A stretch of DNA of 64,000 bases. Origin: Candidatus Aenigmatarchaeota archaeon (GTDB lineage Archaea > Aenigmatarchaeota > Aenigmatarchaeia > CG10238-14 > SCSR01). The stretch spans positions 76,993 through 140,992 of the forward strand of contig JAUWZS010000001.1 of assembly GCA_030615205.1 (NCBI GenBank), written 5' to 3'. The notes under the pieces are model-generated. The model was not told where the DNA came from. It did not search any database and saw only the letters and a list, made by a program, of their open reading frames with translations. Made by a program: the position numbers and the translations under genes. Below, in pieces: positions 28,931 through 37,148 of this stretch. Within the stretch, counting starts at the first letter, position 1. The number at the start of each line of letters is the position of its first letter.

Positions 28931-29025
28931 GCCTCAGTAGCTCAGTTGGTAGAGCACCTGAAATAAAAATAAATTTGGTGAATCTCGTAAACAGGAGGTC
29001 GTGGGTTCAATGCCCACCTGAGGCT
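28931..29025 (+). tRNA. tRNA-Thr (anticodon CGU inferred) with about 22-nt intron at a non-canonical position (after nucleotide 31/32)
   Basis: GCCTCAG-TA-GCTC-AGTTGGTA-GAGC-A-CCTGA...ACAGG-AGGTC-GTGGG-TTCAATG-CCCAC-CTGAGGC-T. Only the last 7 nt before the 3' stem ('CTCGTAA') give a proper loop, with C32 U33 and A37 A38. Confidence 0.7.
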
Positions 29026-29063
29026 TAAAAATACAAAGGCAAAAGAACATCGGAGGTCTAAAA

Positions 29064-29372
29064 ATGGAGATAGTGTTACATGTTAAAGGTAAAGAGTTCA
29101 CAAATTTTAAAGAAAAACTGCTTGGAGACGAAATCGTAAATCGTGCTAGTATTGTCTTTAAAGATGCGAAGCAATTTGGTAAGGATAGCGGCTACTTTTG
29201 CATACTCAGCGGCACTGAAGACAGATGCAAACGCGCGATAAAACTAACAAAAGACGAGGATGGAAATGAATTAGCGAAAGAAATAGTCGGAGAGGAAAAA
29301 GAAAAAATACTAAAAAAGATAAAAGAAGAAGAAGATAAAGCAATTGAGGGATTTGGCAACATACTTGGTTGA
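29064..29372 (+). CDS. Hypothetical protein
   Basis: 102-aa ORF between two tRNA genes with charged/helical composition. No motif recognised. Confidence 0.4.
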   Translation: MEIVLHVKGKEFTNFKEKLLGDEIVNRASIVFKDAKQFGKDSGYFCILSGTEDRCKRAIKLTKDEDGNELAKEIVGEEKEKILKKIKEEEDKAIEGFGNILG

Positions 29373-29391
29373 ATTACGTGGCAATCACAAA

Positions 29392-29466
29392 GCGGTGATG
29401 GTCCAGCCTGGTCTAAGATTCGGCCCTGCCACGGCCGCGACGCGGGTTCAAATCCCGCTCACCGCA
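29392..29466 (+). tRNA. tRNA-Gly (anticodon GCC), intron-less, with an unusually long D region
   Basis: 75 nt. Acceptor GCGGTGA/TCACCGC-A, anticodon arm CGGCC-CTGCCAC-GGCCG, T-arm GCGGG-TTCAAAT-CCCGC. The D region is 20 nt rather than 16-17 and does not fold canonically. Confidence 0.65.
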
Positions 29467-29553
29467 TTTTTTCTGGCAGAATAAGATAAATAGTGAAAAC
29501 TTATATTCAAAATAAACAGAAATTAATTTAGTAGGGTTTATTGAGGGAGACAC

Positions 29554-30042
29554 ATGGCTATTTTTGGACGGAGAAGGATAAAAAAGATTAAAAAGAAGAG
29601 ATTCATTCCTCCGGTTGAGGTAAAAGAAATTTCAGATATGTTAGAAATGAAACATCCTGTATCCGAACAGAAACAAGAATATAAGACAAGGGAGCCATCG
29701 AGACCAACATTTGCGCCTCTATTTGTAAAGTTGACGCGATTTAGAGAAATTTTGAGCACATTGAAATATCTGAAAACGAGTGTTAATTCGATAAAAAGGC
29801 AACTTTCTATTCTGAATAAATTGGAAAAACTTAAAGAAGAAAATTTAAAGTTGCTGAATTCAGAAATAAAGAAATTAAGTGATCAGTTACGCAAACTTGA
29901 CTCAGAATTCACGCGACCATCCGGATATGTAGAAGGGATACCAGAGATGCAGATGCAAGATGTGGAAAGCTTGGAGAGCACCATTGTTGATTTGAAAGAG
30001 CAGATTGAAGATTTGAAATCAGAAGTCGAGACAGTTGCCTAA
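29554..30042 (+). CDS. Hypothetical coiled-coil protein
   Basis: 162 aa with a heptad-rich C-terminal half ('LSILNKLEKLKEENLKLLNSEIKKLSDQLRKLDSEF'). Confidence 0.4.
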   Translation: MAIFGRRRIKKIKKKRFIPPVEVKEISDMLEMKHPVSEQKQEYKTREPSRPTFAPLFVKLTRFREILSTLKYLKTSVNSIKRQLSILNKLEKLKEENLKLLNSEIKKLSDQLRKLDSEFTRPSGYVEGIPEMQMQDVESLESTIVDLKEQIEDLKSEVETVA

Positions 30043-30100
30043 ATCTTTATAGTTTTAAATAATCGTTGGGTATTAGTTAGTATCAGCATGTAATTGCCAA

Positions 30101-30249
30101 GCAGGGGTAGCGAAGTGGCCAAACGCGCAAGGCTCAAGATTGTACAAGATTTTGAGCGCAGATAACAAGATGACGAAAATCGAAGCAAAATGCGTAATGG
30201 GCAACCTTGTGACTTAGTGTCTTCGTGGGTTCGAATCCCACCCCCTGCA
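30101..30249 (+). tRNA. tRNA-Leu (anticodon CAA inferred) with about 65-nt intron at the canonical 37/38 position
   Basis: GCAGGGG...CCCCTGC-A acceptor as in archaeal tRNA-Leu. Anticodon stem CAAGG/CCTTG and loop CTCAAG|intron|A. Long variable arm and T-arm GTGGG-TTCGAAT-CCCAC. 149 nt total. Confidence 0.75.
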
Positions 30250-30367
30250 TTTTATTATAATTTAAATTTTTACAAAAGGAAAGAATCTTATCCTCATAAA
30301 ATTAAACATAACCAACAATAAAAAAAACTAAAAGAATTGGAAAAAATAAAAATTAAAAAACTTAAAT

Positions 30368-30649
30368 TTATTTTTCCAGCAATGTTTCATATCCTATGAA
30401 TAGTGTCCCTACTAAGGCCAAAATCCAACCGATTGTTGCAAAGAGTGTGTCAAGCCATAGATCGCCTATATAGCCGTATAGGCCTGGTATGATTGCCGCG
30501 TTTATTGTTCCTGCGAATAGGAAAAATACTCCAGCAGCAGCTAACCATCCGAATCCCTTTTCTGATTTCCTTCTTATCTTTGCCCATTCGGCAAATGCTA
30601 TTATTAATAGGAACGCTACTCCTACATCGATTAGCGTTGCTTCAAACAT
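30368..30649 (-). CDS. Small hypothetical membrane protein
   Basis: 93 aa with three hydrophobic helices. Confidence 0.4.
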   Translation of the reverse strand: MFEATLIDVGVAFLLIIAFAEWAKIRRKSEKGFGWLAAAGVFFLFAGTINAAIIPGLYGYIGDLWLDTLFATIGWILALVGTLFIGYETLLEK

Positions 30650-30818
30650 TTTTTAATTCACCTTAAATAAAATTTCGATAATATGAGGTATAAAAGCTTT
30701 CCCAAGATATTTAAAGCATACTCTTAAGAAGTGGTAACAACCAAAAATTGGTTGATTTTGATTCAATCAATTTTATTTTAATCAACTCAATCAATTTCGA
30801 TCAAATGTTATCTTAATA

Positions 30819-31418
30819 TTATCTTAATTTTATCTCTTCAACTCTTCCGTTAGGTTCGCACTCGACAAATATCTGGCATTGGAATTTCCATATTTTTGTA
30901 TTTTCATCGTTTAGAAAATTCGGTGTCATGCCTGCTTTATAACACAGGTTTTCCAAAAACACATCAACATCCCACTTCTGCTCAATCGGGACTTGCGGCA
31001 GAAGCAATCCATTATAAGGTCCATTCGAAATTATCAATCCATCGCACCCTATTTCTATTTTTTTCTTTAATTCATCCAAATTTTCACCTGAAACGAGCAT
31101 GGGCTCGGTCACCACAGAAACTTCGAATATTACACTTCCGAGCTCCTTTTTTTGCAGTGAGGGAAATCTCGTATCTTCAAATGCAGCCGATAAGGCCGCA
31201 TGCTGAACAGCTTCGTATAAGCATGTAGGGGACATAAAACCAATGCACCCACGAAGTATGCGAGAAGGAAATTTTTTTATTGTAACAAATACACCATGCT
31301 TTTCATTCAATTTTCCATTTTTCGTTTTTTTAAGCTCTAAGCTCTTATTTTTATAAAATTTTTCTACGATGCCTCTCGCTGATTTTACAAGTAATGTACC
31401 TTCTTCTAGATTTAACAT
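30819..31418 (-). CDS. AMMECR1 domain protein
   Basis: 199 aa. 'HGVFVTIKK...LRGCIGF' AMMECR1 signature. Partner of the AmmeMemoRadiSam radical SAM enzyme at 27721-28755. Confidence 0.85.
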   Translation of the reverse strand: MLNLEEGTLLVKSARGIVEKFYKNKSLELKKTKNGKLNEKHGVFVTIKKFPSRILRGCIGFMSPTCLYEAVQHAALSAAFEDTRFPSLQKKELGSVIFEVSVVTEPMLVSGENLDELKKKIEIGCDGLIISNGPYNGLLLPQVPIEQKWDVDVFLENLCYKAGMTPNFLNDENTKIWKFQCQIFVECEPNGRVEEIKLR

Positions 31419-31700
31419 ATCTTAGAATTGAGAAAAAGAAAATAAAAAAGGATATGAAAAATTCTAAAATTATTCGAATTCGTCATCGTCCCAATCATCG
31501 AACTCCATTTCTTTGATTTTTTCTTCGATGATCATTTTTAATCACCAATTACATTTACTGTGTAAAGAGTCAGCAAGATATTTAAGTTTTTGTTAAGCTG
31601 CGCTCGGATTTACTGAGCAATAATAAAAAAAATTAAAATATAATTTTTTTAGATTTTCAATTCTCAACACTTGTTTTATTATTTTTTCTAAAATAGTCAA

Positions 31701-33473
31701 CTATTTCTGTAAAAGTTTTTTGATTTCTTTAATACTTTCTGGGTTGGCCAGTGTTGAGACGTCGCCAAGCTTCTCACCTACAACTAGTTTTTTTAATAAT
31801 CGCCTAACAACTTTACCTGACCTAGTTTTGGGCAGACTGTCAACAAAGTCAATCTCACGCGGATAGGCATGACCAGCTAAATGTTTTTTTACGAATTGTC
31901 GCAGGTCATTCTTCAGCTTTTCTGATTTCTTATAGTCTTTTCTAAGAACAACAAATGCCTTTATTATCTCCCCTCTAAGTGGGTCTGGTTTTCCTATGAC
32001 GCCTGCCTCAACCACCGCTGCGTGTTCTACTAATGCACTCTCAACCTCAAATGGCCCGACACGTTCACCAGATGTTTTAATAATATCATCAGCACGTCCG
32101 ACAAACCAGAAATATCCATCTTTATCCATAAATGCTAGATCGCCACTCATATACCAATTACCAACAAAATACGATTTGTACTTTTTCGGCCTTTTCCATA
32201 TTTTCTTCATCATCGATGGCCATGCAGGCTTTATAACCAAATTTCCTTCTTTTCCTACGCGCAACTTACGACCATTGTCATCTACTATTGCTGCCTTTAT
32301 CCCAGGAAGTGGCTTGCCCATTGAGCCCGGCTTGATCGGCATACAAGGATAATTCGCAATAAGTATACCTCCTGTTTCTGTTTGCCACCAATTGTCGTGA
32401 AATGGTACACCAAAAACTTTCAGACTCCATCTTACGGCTTCTGGGTTCAGCGGCTCGCCGACGCTGCACATGTGCCTTAAGCTACTTAAATCATATTTTT
32501 TCACCAGATGGTCACCTGCAGCCATTAACATTCTAATAGCTGTAGGGGCCGTATACCAGACTGTTACATTATATTTCTCTATTATCGAATACCATTTTTC
32601 TGGATTAAATCTTCCTTCATAAACAACAGATGATGTGCCATTAGACCAGCAACCAAGTATGCCATATGCAACACCAGTAACCCATCCCGGGTCTGCAGTG
32701 CACCAATAAACATCGTCTCCATGCAAATCTAAAACCCATTTTGCAGTCATATGCTCTTGTATCAAAGCTTTGTGCGCATGTACTACTCCCTTGGGTTTGC
32801 CAGTAGTGCCAGATGTATAGAGCATAAACGCATCGTCAGTTTGTTTTGTTTTGACTATTCTAAATTTTTCTGAAGCACGTGCCATCTCTTTTTCATAATT
32901 TATCTCTTTACCACTTGCTCTGCCAACAACTATTATATGTTTCAAGTCTGGTAGCTCGCGTTTGACTTTGTAAATTCTTTTTTTCAATGTGTCGTCTGTA
33001 ATAACGACCTTTGCTGCGCTATCTTGTAATCTGTCTTTTATTCCGCTTGGACCAAATGCTGCAAACATCGTACCGGCCACTGCGCCAAGTTTGAGTATAC
33101 CGAGAAAACTAATATACAATGCGGGGATGCGTGGGAGGAAAATAAAAACACGGTCGCCCTTCTTCACACCAAGACTCTTCAGAATGTTTGCAAATTTATT
33201 AGAGAGCTCGGAAATCTGCACAAATGTAAATTCTTTACTTTTTTCCACACCTTCCCAATAAAGGGCAACTTTATTTTTTCTCCATGTATTAACATGGCAG
33301 TCCATAGCTGCATATGCAACATTCAATCTATGACCAAGCCAGGCAACTTCTTTATAAACATCTCTCCATTTGAATTTTCTGTAAGTCTTCTCATAATTTT
33401 CAAGGTTAGGTTTCTTTTTGAAGAATTTTTTTGGTTTTTTTATTATTTTCGCTCTTGGAGTTCTAGTTTTCAT
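31701..33473 (-). CDS. AMP-forming acyl-CoA synthetase (acetyl-CoA synthetase-like)
   Basis: 590 aa. 'LYTSGTTGKPKGV' AMP-binding motif, 'YWCTADPGWVTG', C-terminal 'KTRSGKVVRRLL'. ACS-like N-terminus. Confidence 0.85.
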   Translation of the reverse strand: MKTRTPRAKIIKKPKKFFKKKPNLENYEKTYRKFKWRDVYKEVAWLGHRLNVAYAAMDCHVNTWRKNKVALYWEGVEKSKEFTFVQISELSNKFANILKSLGVKKGDRVFIFLPRIPALYISFLGILKLGAVAGTMFAAFGPSGIKDRLQDSAAKVVITDDTLKKRIYKVKRELPDLKHIIVVGRASGKEINYEKEMARASEKFRIVKTKQTDDAFMLYTSGTTGKPKGVVHAHKALIQEHMTAKWVLDLHGDDVYWCTADPGWVTGVAYGILGCWSNGTSSVVYEGRFNPEKWYSIIEKYNVTVWYTAPTAIRMLMAAGDHLVKKYDLSSLRHMCSVGEPLNPEAVRWSLKVFGVPFHDNWWQTETGGILIANYPCMPIKPGSMGKPLPGIKAAIVDDNGRKLRVGKEGNLVIKPAWPSMMKKIWKRPKKYKSYFVGNWYMSGDLAFMDKDGYFWFVGRADDIIKTSGERVGPFEVESALVEHAAVVEAGVIGKPDPLRGEIIKAFVVLRKDYKKSEKLKNDLRQFVKKHLAGHAYPREIDFVDSLPKTRSGKVVRRLLKKLVVGEKLGDVSTLANPESIKEIKKLLQK

Positions 33474-33552
33474 GCGACCACTAATATTTTTTCGATTTGA
33501 TAGAATAAATTCTCAGCATATAACTTAATTTACTAGATTAGACTAAGATTAA

Positions 33553-34731
33553 TTGATGGCCACTATAGACTATAAGCAATTCATCACAAAAGATTTAACA
33601 AGCCTTGCAAACGATTCTATTGCTGAGCTTATAGAAAAAGCGAAAAAGTACGATGATGTTGTCAGCCTTGGTAGGGGAGAGCCGAACTTTGATATGGCCA
33701 AATTCATGAAAGATGCCATGATATGTGCTATAAAAGAAAATCAGACTCATTATGTATCTGGTTCTATACCGGAATTAAATGGAGCTATTGCTGACAAATT
33801 AAAAAACGAGAACGGTCTTCATATCGATTCTCAATTCAGAATAGTTGTCGGTGCAGGCTCGTTACCAGTTCTACAGGCAATAATTGGTGCGATAGTTGAA
33901 CCAGGTGAAGAAATAATAGTTACAGACCCGACTTATTTGAAGTACATCTCGATTATACGCTCGATGCACGCGAAACCGAAGTTTGCGATTGTATATGAAG
34001 AAAACAATTTTATCCCGACTGTTGAGGAGTTAGAGAAGGCTTATACAAATAAAACTAAAGCTATTATGGTTAATTCTCCTTGCAATCCAACTGGTGCTGT
34101 TTTCACAAAAAAACAATTAGAAGAAATTGCAGAATTCGCAATCGAAAAAAACATAATAGTCATAACAGATGAAGTATACGAGAACATCATATACGATGAT
34201 GCAAAGCATTATAGCATTGGCTCGTTTGATAGCGATATTTCAGAACGCACGATAACGCTGAATAGCTTTTCAAAATCTTATGCTATGACAGGCCTACGTG
34301 TGGGGTACGCGGCCGGTCCGATTGAGTTGATGAAACATGTGTTCAACTATAATTACTTTGGGCACATATGCGCATGCGTACCATCTATGTATGCTGCATT
34401 GGAAGCATTGACAAATCCAAAAAGTAAAGAATTCGTGCAAAGTATGGTAAAAGAATACGATCGCCGCAGAAAATTTATAGTCAAACGGTTGAACGAAATC
34501 GGCCTACCAACAAAAATGCCAAAAGGCGCTTTCTACACTTTTTCCAGATGCGACAATTTCGATAAAAACTCTCACAACTTCGCAAACAATGTGCTGGAAA
34601 AAAGTCATGTTATAGTAATACCAGGCTCGGCATTCGGTCCGCATGGTGAAGGTTTTGTCAGAATCTCATACGCGACAAAGTACGAGCAAATCGAAGAAGC
34701 TATGGACAGAATGGAGAAGCTTCTCAAGTAA
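33553..34731 (+). CDS. PLP-dependent aminotransferase class I/II (aspartate aminotransferase-like)
   Basis: 392 aa. 'SFSKSYAMTGLRVGYAAGP' with the PLP-lysine context. Confidence 0.85.
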   Translation: MMATIDYKQFITKDLTSLANDSIAELIEKAKKYDDVVSLGRGEPNFDMAKFMKDAMICAIKENQTHYVSGSIPELNGAIADKLKNENGLHIDSQFRIVVGAGSLPVLQAIIGAIVEPGEEIIVTDPTYLKYISIIRSMHAKPKFAIVYEENNFIPTVEELEKAYTNKTKAIMVNSPCNPTGAVFTKKQLEEIAEFAIEKNIIVITDEVYENIIYDDAKHYSIGSFDSDISERTITLNSFSKSYAMTGLRVGYAAGPIELMKHVFNYNYFGHICACVPSMYAALEALTNPKSKEFVQSMVKEYDRRRKFIVKRLNEIGLPTKMPKGAFYTFSRCDNFDKNSHNFANNVLEKSHVIVIPGSAFGPHGEGFVRISYATKYEQIEEAMDRMEKLLK

Positions 34732-34763
34732 ATATTTAAATCAGTATCGCACATAGTTTCTTT

Positions 34764-35041
34764 TGCAGGGGGCTAGGCTGGGGAGTTACCGGTTCTCTGT
34801 AACCACAAATCCGGTTTATGGTGGAGCCGAAATCCTTTGAGCGGCGTGGGTTTTGTAAATCGACCCAAGCTCTGGACTGCGAAGCCTTGTCCCTATTGGT
34901 TTGCTTGGCTGTGAATCCCCCAGGGCAGGAATGCAGCAAGGGTTAGTAGTCATTCAAACGCTATAGGATCAGCAGGGTGGAGGAAGGAGCCTGGACAACC
35001 GGCTTATAGAATCCGCATCAATCTAAGGTCCGCCCTCTGCA
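34764..35041 (+). ncRNA. Candidate signal recognition particle (7S/SRP) RNA
   Basis: About 280-nt GC-enriched non-coding block. 5' GCAGGGGGC can pair with 3' GCCCTCTGC. Contains 'CUGUAACC' (Alu-domain-like) and 'CAGGGCAGGAAUGCAGCAAGG' / 'GGAGGAAGGAGCC' resembling the helix-8 GGAA/AGCAG core. The only ORF here (34736-34939, antisense) is implausible. Confidence 0.5.
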
Positions 35042-35102
35042 CCATTTATCTTTATGCAAGATTTATTTTTATCAAAAGGCGAGTGCACGAATTGGTGAAC
35101 GT

Positions 35103-35894
35103 ATGAAAGAAAATGCTATTATTCTAATCCTTTTGATTGTTTTCCTGATTGGAGTATCAACATTTTTCTCAAGCAACACAGAGACCAGTATTGAAACTCC
35201 TGGCGAGCCTGGGCCTGAGTCTGAGCCTGGCGCTGAACTCGAGCCGAACATTACTACATATACTGAAACTCCGCCAGCGGCCTTAAAATACGGCTCAGCA
35301 ACGATAAGAGTACCAGCAGTAGATAATGAAGGGAATGGTGTAGTGACATCGCTTACAGTCGATTCGAATGCTGGAGAAGGGAGAACGCTGGTAAACATAG
35401 ACCAGCTGCTGTTTTGGGTAGATACTCAATACTCCATACAAACTGCGAAATTGGTTGCAGAAAATTATACTGATGTCGACTTGTCAGAGATCGATTTAGT
35501 TTATTCAATAGATACAGAAGCTTACTTGATTGAAGGCCCGTCTGCTGGCGCCGCGCTCACAGTAGCTACAATAGCTGCAATCTATAATGAAACATTAAAT
35601 TCGACCGTTATGATAACAGGCACTATAACCCCTGATGCCAGCATTGGACCAGTAGGTGGCATACTTGAGAAAGCAACCGCAGCGAAAGACATCGGTGCTT
35701 CCCTATTTATTGTACCAGCAGGACAAGCGACACAGACCTATTACAGGCAGGAGCGGACTTGCGAGAAAATCGGACCAATAACTTATTGTACTACTGAATA
35801 TGTACCTGAAACGATTGACATAGAGGAGCAGGCTGGCATAGCGATGGAAGAAGTATCTAACATAGGCGAGGCATTAAAATATTTCCTAAAATAA
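35103..35894 (+). CDS. Secreted/membrane-anchored S16 (Lon C-terminal proteolytic domain-like) serine peptidase
   Basis: 263 aa. N-terminal TM. 'IEGPSAGAALTVATIAAI' and 'ITGTITPDASIGPVGGILEKATAAKDIG' match the Lon protease catalytic domain. Confidence 0.65.
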   Translation: MKENAIILILLIVFLIGVSTFFSSNTETSIETPGEPGPESEPGAELEPNITTYTETPPAALKYGSATIRVPAVDNEGNGVVTSLTVDSNAGEGRTLVNIDQLLFWVDTQYSIQTAKLVAENYTDVDLSEIDLVYSIDTEAYLIEGPSAGAALTVATIAAIYNETLNSTVMITGTITPDASIGPVGGILEKATAAKDIGASLFIVPAGQATQTYYRQERTCEKIGPITYCTTEYVPETIDIEEQAGIAMEEVSNIGEALKYFLK

Positions 35895-35903
35895 AATGTA
35901 ATT

Positions 35904-36587
35904 ATGCCTGATAGAAAGAATAGGCTTGCCAGTATGAGTAGCTTCACTAGTATAAACAGACTTGTAGAATCGAATGAATTACTAAGCTTAATTATTGCAG
36001 TTGCTGTGACCACGATTATTTTCGCATACAACTGGGGAGCTCCGCTAGCGACGGTAGATGCTATCCCTTCTTCATTCCTTGCTGTAGTTACTGCTTTTCT
36101 TTTTCATGAACTTGCACACCGTTTTGTAGCGAAAAGGTTGCATTGTTCGGCTGTATATAAAATATGGATACCTGGCATCATCTTTGGGTTGTTGATGATG
36201 TTAATAGGCGTAAAGTTAATACTTGTCGGCGCAGTTGTAATAAGCACGTACAAATTCGGCAGATGGGGAATGAAATCCAAATACCCGTCAATGAGAGAGA
36301 TTGGATTGATATCAGTTTCTGGCCCGCTCACAAATCTGATATTGGCATCTGCTTTCAAAATTATCTCTGAAGGTGCACTCTTAGGCACAGCATTAGGCGC
36401 GACTTTTGGTTATCTTGCATCAATAAACTTGTGGATCGCGTTTTTCAATCTAGTGCCAGTCAAACCTCTTGACGGCAGCAAAATTTTCTTTTGGAATCCA
36501 TTAATCTGGTTTTTCCTCATAGTAGCCTCTTTGTTCCTCCTTATACCATCGCATATCTTCGGGCCGCTTTTGGCATCACTGGGCTAA
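35904..36587 (+). CDS. Site-2 protease family (M50) intramembrane metalloprotease
   Basis: 227 aa, multi-TM. 'FHELAHRF' HExxH and 'NLVPVKPLDGSKIF' LDG motif. Confidence 0.8.
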   Translation: MPDRKNRLASMSSFTSINRLVESNELLSLIIAVAVTTIIFAYNWGAPLATVDAIPSSFLAVVTAFLFHELAHRFVAKRLHCSAVYKIWIPGIIFGLLMMLIGVKLILVGAVVISTYKFGRWGMKSKYPSMREIGLISVSGPLTNLILASAFKIISEGALLGTALGATFGYLASINLWIAFFNLVPVKPLDGSKIFFWNPLIWFFLIVASLFLLIPSHIFGPLLASLG

Positions 36588-36660
36588 ATTACTAGTCTAA
36601 ATTACTTAATTTTGAACATCAACCTTAATTTTAATCGTCAGCCATCACTAATATTATTTA

Positions 36661-37098
36661 GTGAAAAAAATGAAGATGTCAAGAAGTAGCTATATCTTAC
36701 ATAATTTAACGCACATTACTTTACCATTTGCAATATCTTCTATATTTCTTTTGATCGACTCTTCACTTGACGCTTATGATGTTTTAGTTATAGCTCTATT
36801 AGGTGGGTTCTCACCAGATATAGACCACATCAACATATGGCTTGAATACAAGTTCAAAAATTTCAGAAGTTTTCTTAGATTTGTAACAACTGTAAGATCA
36901 TATAGATATTCTTTTTTAATATTCCACAATCTAGGTACTCTAATCGCTATAGGTCTTTTGATCCCAATCATGAGCACAATCAGTTCACTAGCTGCTGTTT
37001 TTCTGACTGCATTTTTAGCGCACTTGATTTTGGATTTTTTCACTGACAAAATGTCAATCGGCAGGGTAACGCATTGGCGATACAGAAGAAGGACTTGA
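36661..37098 (+). CDS. Membrane-bound metal-dependent hydrolase-like protein (DUF457/YdjM-like), paralog of 19015-19479
   Basis: 145 aa. 'HNLTH', 'SPDIDH' and 'AHLILD' His/Asp motifs within TM helices. Confidence 0.5.
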   Translation: MKKMKMSRSSYILHNLTHITLPFAISSIFLLIDSSLDAYDVLVIALLGGFSPDIDHINIWLEYKFKNFRSFLRFVTTVRSYRYSFLIFHNLGTLIAIGLLIPIMSTISSLAAVFLTAFLAHLILDFFTDKMSIGRVTHWRYRRRT

Positions 37099-37148
37099 GT
37101 TAGCTCTGCAGAAGGACTTAAATTCTATAAGAGCAATAACTGTAAAGT

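Noticed and set aside
31481-31546. 21-codon acidic micro-ORF (MIIEEKIKEMEFDDWDDDEFE) on the minus strand upstream of AMMECR1
   Set aside because: Too short to support. There is no RBS or promoter evidence. It could be chance in an AT-rich spacer. A leader-peptide role is possible but unsupported.
34736-34939. 67-aa minus-strand ORF
   Set aside because: It lies antisense within the GC-rich structured region interpreted as SRP RNA, and its composition is not protein-like.
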